Assembly: GCA_017450325.1 (NCBI GenBank)
Contig: JAFSVB010000080.1
Coordinates: 1 to 49,406 of the forward strand
Direction of reading: 5' to 3'
DNA: 49,406 bases
Origin: Bacilli bacterium
GTDB taxonomy: Bacteria > Bacillota_I > Bacilli_A > RFN20 > CAG-826
The position numbers and the translations under genes are program-made. The notes under the pieces are model-generated. The model was not told where the DNA came from. It did no database searches and saw only the letters and a list, made by a program, of their open reading frames with translations. The stretch's first letter is position 1. Every line of letters begins with the position of its first letter. This document shows positions 1 to 8,689 of this stretch, piece after piece.

Positions 1-426
1 GCCGGCATAAGGGTCGATGACCGCAATGCTTGTTTTTGCCTTGGAAAACAGTTCTTTTATAAATGCTCTAGCGTCTAAATATTCGTCGTCGAAGAAAACC
101 TTTTCTAAGTCCGGGATATGTTCTTCCTCGATTTTGACCAGCCTCGAGTCGATGCTTTCAACCTTATTTAGAAGATTAATGTAATTCTCGTTGGTCACAA
201 GAACGCGGCTATTATCAACTACATAGCCACGTAATAAATACTCTTTTAGGACGGAGTTTGCCCATTTTCGAAAAGCCACACCGTTTTTAGATTTCACGCG
301 GTACCCAACCGAAATGATTACATCTAGGTTATAAAACTCAATGGTTCTTCTAACCGTTTTATTTCCTTCCTTTTGAACCGCTGCATTTTTTGCAACAGTT
401 TGATCTTGTTCTAACTCCCCTTTTGC
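1..426 (-). pseudogene. RhuM-family (virulence RhuM/ORF6N-like DNA-binding) gene, 5'-disrupted and running off the window edge
   Basis: Manual minus-strand translation gives GELEQDQTVAKNAAVQKEGNKTVRRTIEFYNLDVIISVGYRVKSKNGVAFRKWANSVLKEYLLRGY...IAVIDPYAG, the RhuM signature. An in-frame TAG at 427-429 lies just upstream with no suitable start; an LADVYKTTK remnant sits upstream in another frame. Confidence 0.75.
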
Positions 427-483
427 CTAAATCTCCCTATTCACCATTTTGTCGTTTTATAGACATCCGCGAGCCCATAAAAC

Positions 484-1581
484 TCATTTGCCTTGGATGA
501 TCCTACGGAGTGCCAAATATTCCCTTAAATAGATCCCGCGCTTTATCTCGTCTTCTTTCGCATATTGCTGATGCTTACTAAAGATATCGATCGCGTCTTT
601 GATGGGTATCCATTTTGGTTCTAGTCCGGCTTTTGCTTCTTGTTCGGTTAACTGGGCTTTGCTTTGCCCAACGACATTGCAAAGAAAATACTTACTGATG
701 TATTTTTCGTTTTCGTAATATTCGTCTATTTCCAACGCGCATTTGGTTGGGCCCACGATATATCCGGTTTCCTCGGATATTTCTCTTTTGACGCAGGACG
801 TCTCCTCTTCATCGTTCTCCGCTCCGCCGCCTGGAATCATCCATACATCGTTGTTCTTGGCATATACCAAAAGGATACTGCCACCATTAATGACGATCCC
901 TCGACAAGCGACTCTGGTGTTTGAAAAATAATCCATGTAGTTGTCGCCATATATTTCGATAAAACCTTTATCGAGCTTCCTTTGGCTTATCCTTTGGACA
1001 AACAAACTGATCGGACAATCGAAAAACTCCGCAATTCTGAAGGCATTTTGGAAAGACGCTTTATATAAGGCCCCGTCATCCGCGTTGTATTTCGCAAGCG
1101 TGGCTAGCCCGATTCCCGTTTCATAACTTGCTTTTGTCAACGAGGTTCTCCTTTGCTCGCAAAGAAGCCTCAATATCGTTTTTTCTTTGCAAATTCGGAC
1201 AAAATATTCCAATAGCGAAGAGAAATCCATTTCGTGGTAGATGGTATAAATGTCCACCATTTTGGTTAACGGAAGCTTTAAGAAGATGTAGGCAAAGGGC
1301 TTTTGGGTTCTAAGCTGCAATTCGAAATACGAATAGCCGCACCAATAGGCATCGTTATAGACTCCATAGCTGTTATCTTCGTTGATCCTGTTGCCCGTGA
1401 TATCGAAAAAGATGTCGGTTAATTCTTTATTGAAATAATCGTCGTACTCCTTGAGTTCAAGCTTTTTTATCAGTTCGCTCTTAGAAAGCGCCGTCGTAAA
1501 GGAAAGCAGGTTCATCTTGTTCCAAAAGGCGAGCACGAATAAACGCGCGAAAAGCTCTTTCGTGCTTCTTAAATCATTCAT
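484..1581 (-). CDS. Fusion: DUF3990-partner-like N-terminal domain + XRE-like HTH + C-terminal Nudix hydrolase
   Basis: HTH-like segment SLTKASYETGIGLATLAKY...IAEFFDCPISLF; complete Nudix box GGAENDEEETSCVKREISEETGY (Gx5Ex7REUxEExGU); overlaps the upstream DUF3990 gene by 8 nt. Confidence 0.8.
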   Translation of the reverse strand: MNDLRSTKELFARLFVLAFWNKMNLLSFTTALSKSELIKKLELKEYDDYFNKELTDIFFDITGNRINEDNSYGVYNDAYWCGYSYFELQLRTQKPFAYIFLKLPLTKMVDIYTIYHEMDFSSLLEYFVRICKEKTILRLLCEQRRTSLTKASYETGIGLATLAKYNADDGALYKASFQNAFRIAEFFDCPISLFVQRISQRKLDKGFIEIYGDNYMDYFSNTRVACRGIVINGGSILLVYAKNNDVWMIPGGGAENDEEETSCVKREISEETGYIVGPTKCALEIDEYYENEKYISKYFLCNVVGQSKAQLTEQEAKAGLEPKWIPIKDAIDIFSKHQQYAKEDEIKRGIYLREYLALRRIIQGK

Positions 1582-2230
1582 GGTCCATCACCAAATCCCT
1601 TAATCTCGTGCCTTTTGCGTATCGATCGGCATTCAACAAATCGGTGAATACTTTGTCCGCACCGCTTTTCCGTAAGTAATAATCTTGGCGGCTTATTGTA
1701 AGCGCTTCTTCGGAATCTAAATAATGAATTAATCGAAAGGCCCGTTCAGAAATCAAAACATATTGTTTCCCCAATTCTCCAGCTTGGAATATCTTGTCCA
1801 AAGATTCCAAAGTGATCTCGCTTCGAACAAATGCCTCTGGGAAACGGAAGTAACTGTCGTCTGCCCGATAGCCAATCACAATGTCGTATTTTGAAGCATC
1901 GATAAGAAACTTTTTTTCTAGATAAGCGAGCTCCCTAGGAAAATTGCTCCTGAGGTCGGCGGATAATTCACGATTATGCATCAAAAGGGCTACCCAATAT
2001 AAAACGTCTCTAAACGGTGGTTTCGTTAAATCCAAGATTTTTAATCTGTCATCCCTAATCTGATACTTATTTATATATCCGTGGCCCGTTCTTTTTGCGG
2101 CCCATTCCTTTGCGAGGCCTTTGTTTGAGCAACAGTAAAAGCCCAATCCATAGTCATTATGGATATTGCCCTTTAAATATTCGGGTTTCTCAATGATAAA
2201 TTCGCTTCCATGGTAAATGATTCGTTCCAT
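1574..2230 (-). CDS. DUF3990 domain protein (predicted ADP-ribosyltransferase-like fold)
   Basis: Motifs IIYHGS...IEKP...NDYGLGFYC...AKEWA and YDIVIGYRADD...LGKQY match DUF3990. Confidence 0.8.
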   Translation of the reverse strand: MERIIYHGSEFIIEKPEYLKGNIHNDYGLGFYCCSNKGLAKEWAAKRTGHGYINKYQIRDDRLKILDLTKPPFRDVLYWVALLMHNRELSADLRSNFPRELAYLEKKFLIDASKYDIVIGYRADDSYFRFPEAFVRSEITLESLDKIFQAGELGKQYVLISERAFRLIHYLDSEEALTISRQDYYLRKSGADKVFTDLLNADRYAKGTRLRDLVMDHE

Positions 2231-2236
2231 ATAAAA

Positions 2237-2265
2237 ACCATATTTTGTGAATGTTTATATGTCAA
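2237..2265 (-). promoter_or_regulatory. Sigma-A-type promoter, leaderless arrangement for the DUF3990 gene
   Basis: TTGACA-17 bp-TATGGT, then 6 nt, then ATG (2230); no Shine-Dalgarno. Confidence 0.6.
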
Positions 2266-2347
2266 GACTATATACTGTGGTATATTTTTTATTCGTTTTT
2301 AGGTGCACATTCAATTCGTATTTAAGTTTTGATGACCTCAAGACACG

Positions 2348-2369
2348 AAAAAGACCCCAAAAGGGACCT
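2348..2369 (-). terminator. Possible intrinsic terminator
   Basis: Minus strand AGGTCCC-TTTT-GGGGTCT followed by TTTT; imperfect stem. Confidence 0.4.
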
Positions 2370-2546
2370 ATCTATCTGAATATCGGTTTTTGTCCAACTT
2401 TGGATAAGTGACTTTGGACTACGACAGGCTGTGGCCGGCTGAATCGATTTATCCAGTTTTGCACACGGTCGCCCATTGGAATTATGCCGCGCCGAGTCTG
2501 GTACGCGAATTCTAATTCACCCATAAAGCAGATAAAATACCAGTCG

Positions 2547-3089
2547 ATGGAAGTTCTATTAGAAATACTGTTCGAAATAGTCGGCCAAATAGTGGGCGCG
2601 ATAATCGAGGGACTTTTTTGTGTTCTTTCTGATCGATACATGTCCAATACGCAAGCCAAGAAGAGAGCAAAATACATTATTGGTGCGCTGATTCTGACAG
2701 GAGTAATAGCGCTGACCGTTTACGGACTGATAACCAAAAGAGGCCCAATTGTCATCGCTTCTTTGTCATACATTCTTTCATTGTCTATCATTCGTGGGGC
2801 TCTGTTCTTTAATGGGCAAGACGGCAAGAAATGGATAAAACAACTATTTGGATGGCTTGCTCGCATCCTTCATTATGGGTTTGCAATAACCCTTATTGTT
2901 TTGACCGCAATCTACGTCGATGGCCCAGTTGCAAAGCCACTTCTCATCTCCTTGTCGGCACTTTCAATTGTTATTTTTTTCTTTATTGATATGCACAAGC
3001 TTCGCACGTGGGACAAAGAAAGGTGGAAGAAGCGTGAGTTCTCTTTTACAGACCAAACTAATGATGTAAAAGACAGGCTAGATGATTGA
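2547..3089 (+). CDS. Hypothetical integral membrane protein
   Basis: Several hydrophobic helices; likely start MEVLLEILFEIVGQ at ATG 2547. Confidence 0.7.
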   Translation: MEVLLEILFEIVGQIVGAIIEGLFCVLSDRYMSNTQAKKRAKYIIGALILTGVIALTVYGLITKRGPIVIASLSYILSLSIIRGALFFNGQDGKKWIKQLFGWLARILHYGFAITLIVLTAIYVDGPVAKPLLISLSALSIVIFFFIDMHKLRTWDKERWKKREFSFTDQTNDVKDRLDD

Positions 3090-3218
3090 ACGGGCCGCGG
3101 CTCTTTTCGTTTGGGGCGAAAGAAAAGGACCTGGTCGATAGCCAAGTCGATTTCTATATGGGTGTTGCTGCGTCGCCCGGATAAACGAGTTTGTGCAGCG
3201 ACAACAGGCAATAAAAAA

Positions 3219-3294
3219 TGGTGGATCCGACCGGGATCGAACCGGCTACCTCCTCGTTGCGAACGAGGCGCTCTCCCAGATGAGCTACGGACCC
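3219..3294 (-). tRNA. tRNA-Ala (anticodon CGC)
   Basis: GGGTCCGTAGCTCATCTGGGAGAGCGCCTCGTTCGCAACGAGGAGGTAGCCGGTTCGATCCCGGTCGGATCCACCA: 76 nt cloverleaf, G3:U70 alanine identity pair, encoded CCA. Confidence 0.97.
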
Positions 3295-3687
3295 ACAGGC
3301 TCGATTATTATACTCAACGTGAGTTGTGAATCAACCGCAAGAATTAAGGATTGCGGGCGTGCGCGCCACGTTCGCTCGCGCGAAGAACATAGGTAAGCCA
3401 AGCGCGTTGTTACGCCGCAAAGAAGAAAAACCTATAACGATAAATCCGCTATTGAAAATCCAAAAACCTTGCAATTCCGTCATATCATTCTGAAATTGCA
3501 AAGTTTTTATCCTAATGTTGCAACTCATTTTTCACCCGAAATTCAAGATGGGTTTTTTAGATAACGTATAGGTAAACGCCCGAACATAAGACCGTCTCAA
3601 GCAAATCAAAAGTTACGCACATACCCCTGCATGAAACATGGATTTCGCAAGGCTTTTCTAACACTTTATTTGCCTTACGATGAAGCT

Positions 3688-4944
3688 ATGGAAAGCGAAG
3701 TCTACGCGGTGATTGACATTAAGAGCTTCTATGCCTCCTGCGAGTGCGCCGCACGGGGGCTTGACCCTTTTTCAACGCCTTTGGTCGTAGCGGACAAATC
3801 GCGCAGCGTCAACAGCATCGTCATGTCCGCGACGCCCTATCTGAAGGCGCGTTACCGCATCCCAAATGTCTGTCGCATCCAAGACCTCCCCGATATCGAG
3901 GAGATGATCTACGCTACCCCGCGCATGTCCTATTACGTGGAGATGTCCGCCAACATCGTCTCCCTCTTCCTCGACTTTGTCGCCGAAGAGGACCTCCACG
4001 TTTACTCCATCGACGAGTCCTTCCTGCGCCTGACACCCTATTTAAAGATGAACGAATGCGACGCCTTTGGCTTCGTCAAGAAGATCCAAGAGGCAATTAA
4101 GGCGCGCTTTGGATTAATCGCGACGGCAGGGCTTGGCCCGAATATGTTCCTCGCAAAGGCATGCTTGGATAACGAAGGCAAAAAGAAACCGCCCTACCGC
4201 GCTTACTGGGGCTATGAAGACGTGCAAACAAAGTTATGGAAAGTCGCGCCGATTACCAAGATATGGGGCATTGCCCATGGAATCGGGTCTCACCTGCACC
4301 GTATCGGCATCCGCAGCATGGAGGCCCTTGCAAAAGCCTCTCCGGCGCTTATCGAGAAAGAATTTGGCGTCGTCGGGCTTGATTTGCAATTGCTCGCAAA
4401 CGGCATCGACCATACCGATATCACCCATAAGTATGTTCCAAAGGAGACGAGTTTTAGCCAAGGGCAAGTCCTGATGCGCGACTATATGCCCGCGGAGGCT
4501 GCCCTCGTGCTCAAAGAGATCGTCGACGAACTTTGTATCCGTCTACGCGCGGCAAACGCCCAAACGAAGGTCGTCTCGCTCTTCGTCGGATATTCCTCGA
4601 CGGGAGGCGGAGGTGGGTTGCACCATCAATGCGCCCTCAATGTCGCCGCCGATGATAACGACATCCTCAATGACCTCGTGCAGCAGCTTTACGCCCGCTA
4701 CATCGAGCCCCGTCCCATCCGTAACCTCGTCGTGAGTTTTGGGAAGCTGTCCTGTTATGACGCCCCACGCCAGCAATCCATTTTTGAGCGTGAGGAGGAA
4801 CTGCAAGAGCGCCGCTGCCTGCGCCTCGCCATGGATAAAATCAGCGAGCGTTTTGGCCGAAACGCCATCCTAAGAGCTTCCGCCCTCCTGAAACATTCCA
4901 CCATCATCGACCGTCATGGCCTCATTGGAGGGCACCGCGCATGA
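3688..4944 (+). CDS. Y-family DNA polymerase (ImpB/MucB/SamB, UvrX/PolY2-like)
   Basis: IDIKSFYASCE, YSIDESF, GLGPNMFLAK and a C-terminal IIDRHGLIGGHRA typical of Firmicutes UvrX; start probably ATG 3688. Confidence 0.93.
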   Translation: MESEVYAVIDIKSFYASCECAARGLDPFSTPLVVADKSRSVNSIVMSATPYLKARYRIPNVCRIQDLPDIEEMIYATPRMSYYVEMSANIVSLFLDFVAEEDLHVYSIDESFLRLTPYLKMNECDAFGFVKKIQEAIKARFGLIATAGLGPNMFLAKACLDNEGKKKPPYRAYWGYEDVQTKLWKVAPITKIWGIAHGIGSHLHRIGIRSMEALAKASPALIEKEFGVVGLDLQLLANGIDHTDITHKYVPKETSFSQGQVLMRDYMPAEAALVLKEIVDELCIRLRAANAQTKVVSLFVGYSSTGGGGGLHHQCALNVAADDNDILNDLVQQLYARYIEPRPIRNLVVSFGKLSCYDAPRQQSIFEREEELQERRCLRLAMDKISERFGRNAILRASALLKHSTIIDRHGLIGGHRA

Positions 4945-5300
4945 AAAACGCAAATCGGGGCATGGTGAAATACGCCCCATACCAATCCTTGGTCGAACAG
5001 GCAAAAAGCCTCGCGGCGATGCGAGAGCGCAAGTCGCATGTGGAGAAACGCGTCTTGCTCGAAGACGAAGCGTACGCGATTGACGAAATACTTCGTAACT
5101 ACGACGGGGAGCTCGTGGAAGTCGTCTATTCTAAGCACGGAAGAAACCAAATACTGGAAGGGGTCATTGACCGTATCGACGCCTTTGAACGCGTTTTGTG
5201 GATCGGCGGCGAAAAGATTCCACTGAAGGATCTACAGTCCTTGAACAGAAAAACGGCGCCCGCAGAGGGGACGCCGTCATCTTATATGTGGGGCGATTAG
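4941..5300 (+). CDS. YolD-like protein
   Basis: NRGMVKYAPYQSL motif, ATGA overlap with the Y-family polymerase; established UvrX-YolD pairing. Confidence 0.85.
   Translation: MKNANRGMVKYAPYQSLVEQAKSLAAMRERKSHVEKRVLLEDEAYAIDEILRNYDGELVEVVYSKHGRNQILEGVIDRIDAFERVLWIGGEKIPLKDLQSLNRKTAPAEGTPSSYMWGD
5249..5278 (-). terminator. Intrinsic terminator of the small minus-strand gene
   Basis: Minus strand GACGGCGTCCC-CTCTGC-GGGCGCCGT followed by TTTT. Confidence 0.6.
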
Positions 5301-5458
5301 AAGCAATACGCTAGAACGGGAGCGGCATAGCCTTCGCAGATGTGGTTATTCTGAGAAAGCTGCGCATAGACACAAGCGGTATAGGTATTTTCTTCCGTGT
5401 GATCGTAATCATTCTCACGTTCGTTGAGGGCTTCTTCGTAGCCTTTGGACTGGATCAT
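5297..5458 (-). CDS. Small acidic protein, 53 aa, unknown function
   Basis: Strong RBS AAGGAGG about 8 nt before ATG 5458, upstream promoter and downstream terminator; MIQSKGYEEALNERENDYDHTEENTYTACVYAQLSQNNHICEGYAAPVLAYCF. Confidence 0.65.
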   Translation of the reverse strand: MIQSKGYEEALNERENDYDHTEENTYTACVYAQLSQNNHICEGYAAPVLAYCF

Positions 5459-5505
5459 GATGTCAGCCTCCTTTCCTTCTTGCCCTCGTTTTTGAGGACA
5501 CAATC

Positions 5506-5626
5506 ACTATAGGAGCGTTACAAAAAATGGCAAATTTGTAACCCCTTTCCGAAATCGCTTACAAATTTTCGAAACGAAAAAGCGCCTATTCATCGATATA
5601 ATCTCGACAAAATGTAAGCGCTTAAT
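5506..5626 (-). promoter_or_regulatory. Promoter with clustered cre/LacI-family-like operators
   Basis: TTGCCA(5533-5528)-16-TATAGT(5511-5506); cre-like sites TGTAAGCGCTTAAT (5613-5626), TGTAAGCGATTTCG (rc 5550-5563), TGTAACCCCTTTCC (5537-5550), TGTAACGCTCCTAT (rc 5509-5522). Confidence 0.5.
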
Positions 5627-5651
5627 CGATTTTTGAAACAATTTTCAGGTC

Positions 5652-6878
5652 TTAGAAAGCCCAGTTTCCGTCCTTGAAGATCTGGATTTTCCTTCCATCT
5701 TCCGTCGTGCCGACGATGTTCAAATCGGCCGAACCGATCATAAAATCGACATGGCTCATGGACTTATTGATGCCGAAGGAATGGATTTCTTCCTCGGTGT
5801 ATTTCTCATAGTTGGGATAAAGGTTGGTAAACCCGCGGCCTAACGCTAAATGGCAGGCGGCGTTTTCATCATAGAGGGTGCTAAAGAAGAGCAGGCCCGT
5901 GTTGTTAATCGGTGAGTCAAAGGGGACCAAGGCGCATTCGCCTAGATACGCGGAGCCTTCGTCGACCTTGAGAATGGACTCGAGGGCTTCTTGGCCTTTC
6001 TCCGCATGGACTTCCACCGCTTTTCCTTCATGGAAGCGAACATAGAAGTTTTCGATGAGGACGCCCGAATAGGAAAGCGGTTTGGCCGAATAGACAATGC
6101 CTTCCGCTTCGCCACGCATCGGGGAAGTAAAGCACTCCTCGCTTGGAATGTTGGGCTGATAGTAGGCGCCACAGAGGTTCTTTTCGCCACCGCCAAGGAA
6201 TTCGACGCCAGGGATGAGCCCGACGGTGAGGTCGGTCCCATTGTTGCTGGTGTAATGAAGTTTCTTTAGTCTCAAGGAGTTGAGGTAATCGCAACGGGCT
6301 TTTAGGTCCTCATCGTGTTTGATCCAGTTCTCGATGCCATTGCCGTCGTCGGCGCGTGAGGTCTTTAGAATGGCTTCCCAAAGCTTCTCAATGGCCTTTC
6401 CTTTCGGAAGACCTGGGAATACCTTTTTCGCCCACGCGGCGGAAGGGACGCCAGCGATGCACCACTGGTAACGGTTCTCGCGTTCCTCGCGGAATGGGAA
6501 GAGCACCTTCATCTTCTCGCGGCGGACATAAGCCATCTTCTGCGGATCGATGCCCTTCATGGCATCCGGGTCATCAGATTCAAGATAAAGGAAGCACGGG
6601 AGCACCGCGTTTTTCCATTTCTCCTTCTCGATTTCATAAGCAAAGACTTCAGCAAGGGCTTCTTTCTTCGCCTTTTTGTAGGTGATGCGAGAGCATGCTT
6701 CGCTCGTCCAGTCGATCAAGACGCGTTTCGCGCCAGCGCGGTAGCATTCTTCTACCACCAAGGCGGTGAAGGGCTCAATCTCGACGTTAGCGGTAATGCA
6801 AACGGTCTGCCCCTTTTTCACGGCAAGACCAGAGCGGACGATGAGTTCCGCGTATTTTTTCAACAAACTTTTCTTCAT
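5652..6878 (-). CDS. pepS: Aminopeptidase, M29 family (PepS/AmpS)
   Basis: NIPSEECFTSP, LGECALV, LYDENAACHLALG, HVDFMIG; start at MKKSLLKKYA (6878). Confidence 0.93.
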   Translation of the reverse strand: MKKSLLKKYAELIVRSGLAVKKGQTVCITANVEIEPFTALVVEECYRAGAKRVLIDWTSEACSRITYKKAKKEALAEVFAYEIEKEKWKNAVLPCFLYLESDDPDAMKGIDPQKMAYVRREKMKVLFPFREERENRYQWCIAGVPSAAWAKKVFPGLPKGKAIEKLWEAILKTSRADDGNGIENWIKHDEDLKARCDYLNSLRLKKLHYTSNNGTDLTVGLIPGVEFLGGGEKNLCGAYYQPNIPSEECFTSPMRGEAEGIVYSAKPLSYSGVLIENFYVRFHEGKAVEVHAEKGQEALESILKVDEGSAYLGECALVPFDSPINNTGLLFFSTLYDENAACHLALGRGFTNLYPNYEKYTEEEIHSFGINKSMSHVDFMIGSADLNIVGTTEDGRKIQIFKDGNWAF

Positions 6879-6941
6879 AAGAACCTTTCTGGAATAAAAA
6901 GCCTTTATACTATAATCCACAGCGAACAGGAGGGAACTAAA

Positions 6942-7739
6942 ATGTCCGAAGCAATTCAAAAACAAAAGCAGGTAAACCAATTCTGGTTCATTTGGAACCT
7001 CGTCGAATCCATCGTCTTGTTCGCAGGAGGCGTCTTAGCCATCGTCGCAGGCATTATGACAGGCACGGAAGGGAGTAACGCCCCTACCGGCGTCGAAAAT
7101 GCCGTCGCCTATCTTGTCGCGAGCTTTGTCATCCTCGATGGCTTGCTGCGCATCGTCCTCTTTCTCGCTCGCGCGCAAAAAAACGACGAGCAGTCCCCAC
7201 TTGTAATCGCGGGCTTCGAAATCTCTCTAGGTATTCTGTTGATTCTTCTGCAAACCCATTATAGCGGGGCGGGCATCTTCGCCTATATGGTCGTCAATCT
7301 CATCGCCATCATCATGATGGTCATGGGTGCGTTACTCTTGCTCTATGCCATCTATGTTATCGCGAAGAAGATGGCGAAACTCTTCATGCCCGTCATGGAA
7401 ATCCTCTTCGCCGCGATTCTCGTGGGCGTCGGAGTCGTCATCGAGGTCCTCTATAACACCGCCTCCAGCCGCGACCAGCTCGTCCTCATCCTCATCGGCA
7501 CGGTCCTTGCTCTCGCCGCGATCGGCATGTTCGTCATCACGATCATCACGCGCGTGAAAACCAATAAGGAAGTCCGCAAGGCCGAAGACGAAGAGCGCGG
7601 CAATTATGAAGTCGTCGCTAAGCAAGGCAGCCATAGGAAACAATCCGAGCCTCAAGACGTCGTGGATGTTGAGGAGGCAAAGGACGAAGAGCCCGAAGCC
7701 CTCGATGGACCTAGGGCCATCGAACATAAGAAAAAATAG
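6942..7739 (+). CDS. Integral membrane protein (~6 TM, acidic tail), paralog of 8690-9475
   Basis: RBS AGGAGG; hydrophobic helices; acidic C-terminus. Confidence 0.8.
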   Translation: MSEAIQKQKQVNQFWFIWNLVESIVLFAGGVLAIVAGIMTGTEGSNAPTGVENAVAYLVASFVILDGLLRIVLFLARAQKNDEQSPLVIAGFEISLGILLILLQTHYSGAGIFAYMVVNLIAIIMMVMGALLLLYAIYVIAKKMAKLFMPVMEILFAAILVGVGVVIEVLYNTASSRDQLVLILIGTVLALAAIGMFVITIITRVKTNKEVRKAEDEERGNYEVVAKQGSHRKQSEPQDVVDVEEAKDEEPEALDGPRAIEHKKK

Positions 7740-7768
7740 AAAACGGGCGCAAAACCCGTTTCTTTTTA
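7738..7768. terminator. Bidirectional intrinsic terminator
   Basis: AGAAAACGGG-CGCAAAA-CCCGTTTCT with A/T tracts between convergent genes. Confidence 0.7.
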
Positions 7769-8560
7769 TTGTTTTTTCGTCTGATGCTTCAGTTTGTATT
7801 CCAAGAAGCGCAGGTCGAAGTCGACGACGAAGGAGGTCCTCATCGGCCGGGTGAGTTCCACATACCCGACGAGCCCGGTCGGCTTTAGGATCTCATAGGA
7901 GATCTCAAAGGCGTTTTGCTCGGGCGTCTGTCCAGGGACGTCGATTTGGTTCGGCGAGCCGATGATGACCATCTTGCAGTTCGCGCCGATGCGTGTGACC
8001 ATGGTCTGAAGTTCATCGAGGTCCATGTTCTGCGCCTCGTCGAGCATGATGAGGCAATCATTGAAGGAACGGCCGCGCATGAATTCCGGCGCGAGCGGGA
8101 TGATGTCGCTAGGAAGTTTTTCATAGTAGGCGGATTCGTAGATCTCATCGTCTACATCCTGCGCGCCTTTGATTTTCTTGCGCAGCATCTTATGGGAGAA
8201 GTTCTGCTCCTCCTGCGGCGCATTGGCCATCAAGTGGTCGTAGTTATCCATCAATGGACCGATATAAGGGCCATATTTCTCAGCCGCGGTGCCTTTTAGA
8301 TAGCCGAGGCGATGTCCGATCTCCACCGGTTCGCGAACATAGAAGATGTTCTTGTACCGCTTCTTCGCGCCTTTGCCACGGACGAGATTCAAGCAGCCTG
8401 CAAGCGCCGCGAAAGTCTTGCCGGTTCCGGCAGAGCCTTTGCAAAAGACGACCGGCGTTCGTTCCGGGTCGTCATTGATGAGGCGTATCAGCTCGCGCTG
8501 TTCAGGGTTTTGGGTAAAGTCGATTCCGAAGAGTTTGTAGTTGGATGCGTTCGATGCCAT
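7766..8560 (-). CDS. PhoH-family ATPase
   Basis: GSAGTGKT Walker A, LGYLKG, FMRGRSF, LDEAQN, GSPNQID. Confidence 0.9.
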   Translation of the reverse strand: MASNASNYKLFGIDFTQNPEQRELIRLINDDPERTPVVFCKGSAGTGKTFAALAGCLNLVRGKGAKKRYKNIFYVREPVEIGHRLGYLKGTAAEKYGPYIGPLMDNYDHLMANAPQEEQNFSHKMLRKKIKGAQDVDDEIYESAYYEKLPSDIIPLAPEFMRGRSFNDCLIMLDEAQNMDLDELQTMVTRIGANCKMVIIGSPNQIDVPGQTPEQNAFEISYEILKPTGLVGYVELTRPMRTSFVVDFDLRFLEYKLKHQTKKQ

Positions 8561-8689
8561 ATGTTGCTAATAATCTTACATCCTTCCAAAGTATATGTCG
8601 AATTATAGAAAACCTTTCAAATTGTCTCTATCTACATTGAATTTGCAGGAAAATGCTCCATAATTTTTACGTTTTTAAGGAGGTATTCT

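Noticed and set aside
2372-2677. 101-aa minus-strand ORF
   Set aside because: Overlaps the better membrane-protein ORF on the opposite strand, with no RBS or motif.
3111-3528. Short ORFs around the tRNA
   Set aside because: They overlap tRNA-Ala or lie in AT-rich intergenic DNA without an RBS.
3581-3594. Possible LexA box CGAACATAAGACCG upstream of the Y-family polymerase
   Set aside because: The right half-site deviates from GTTC at two positions; not supportable.
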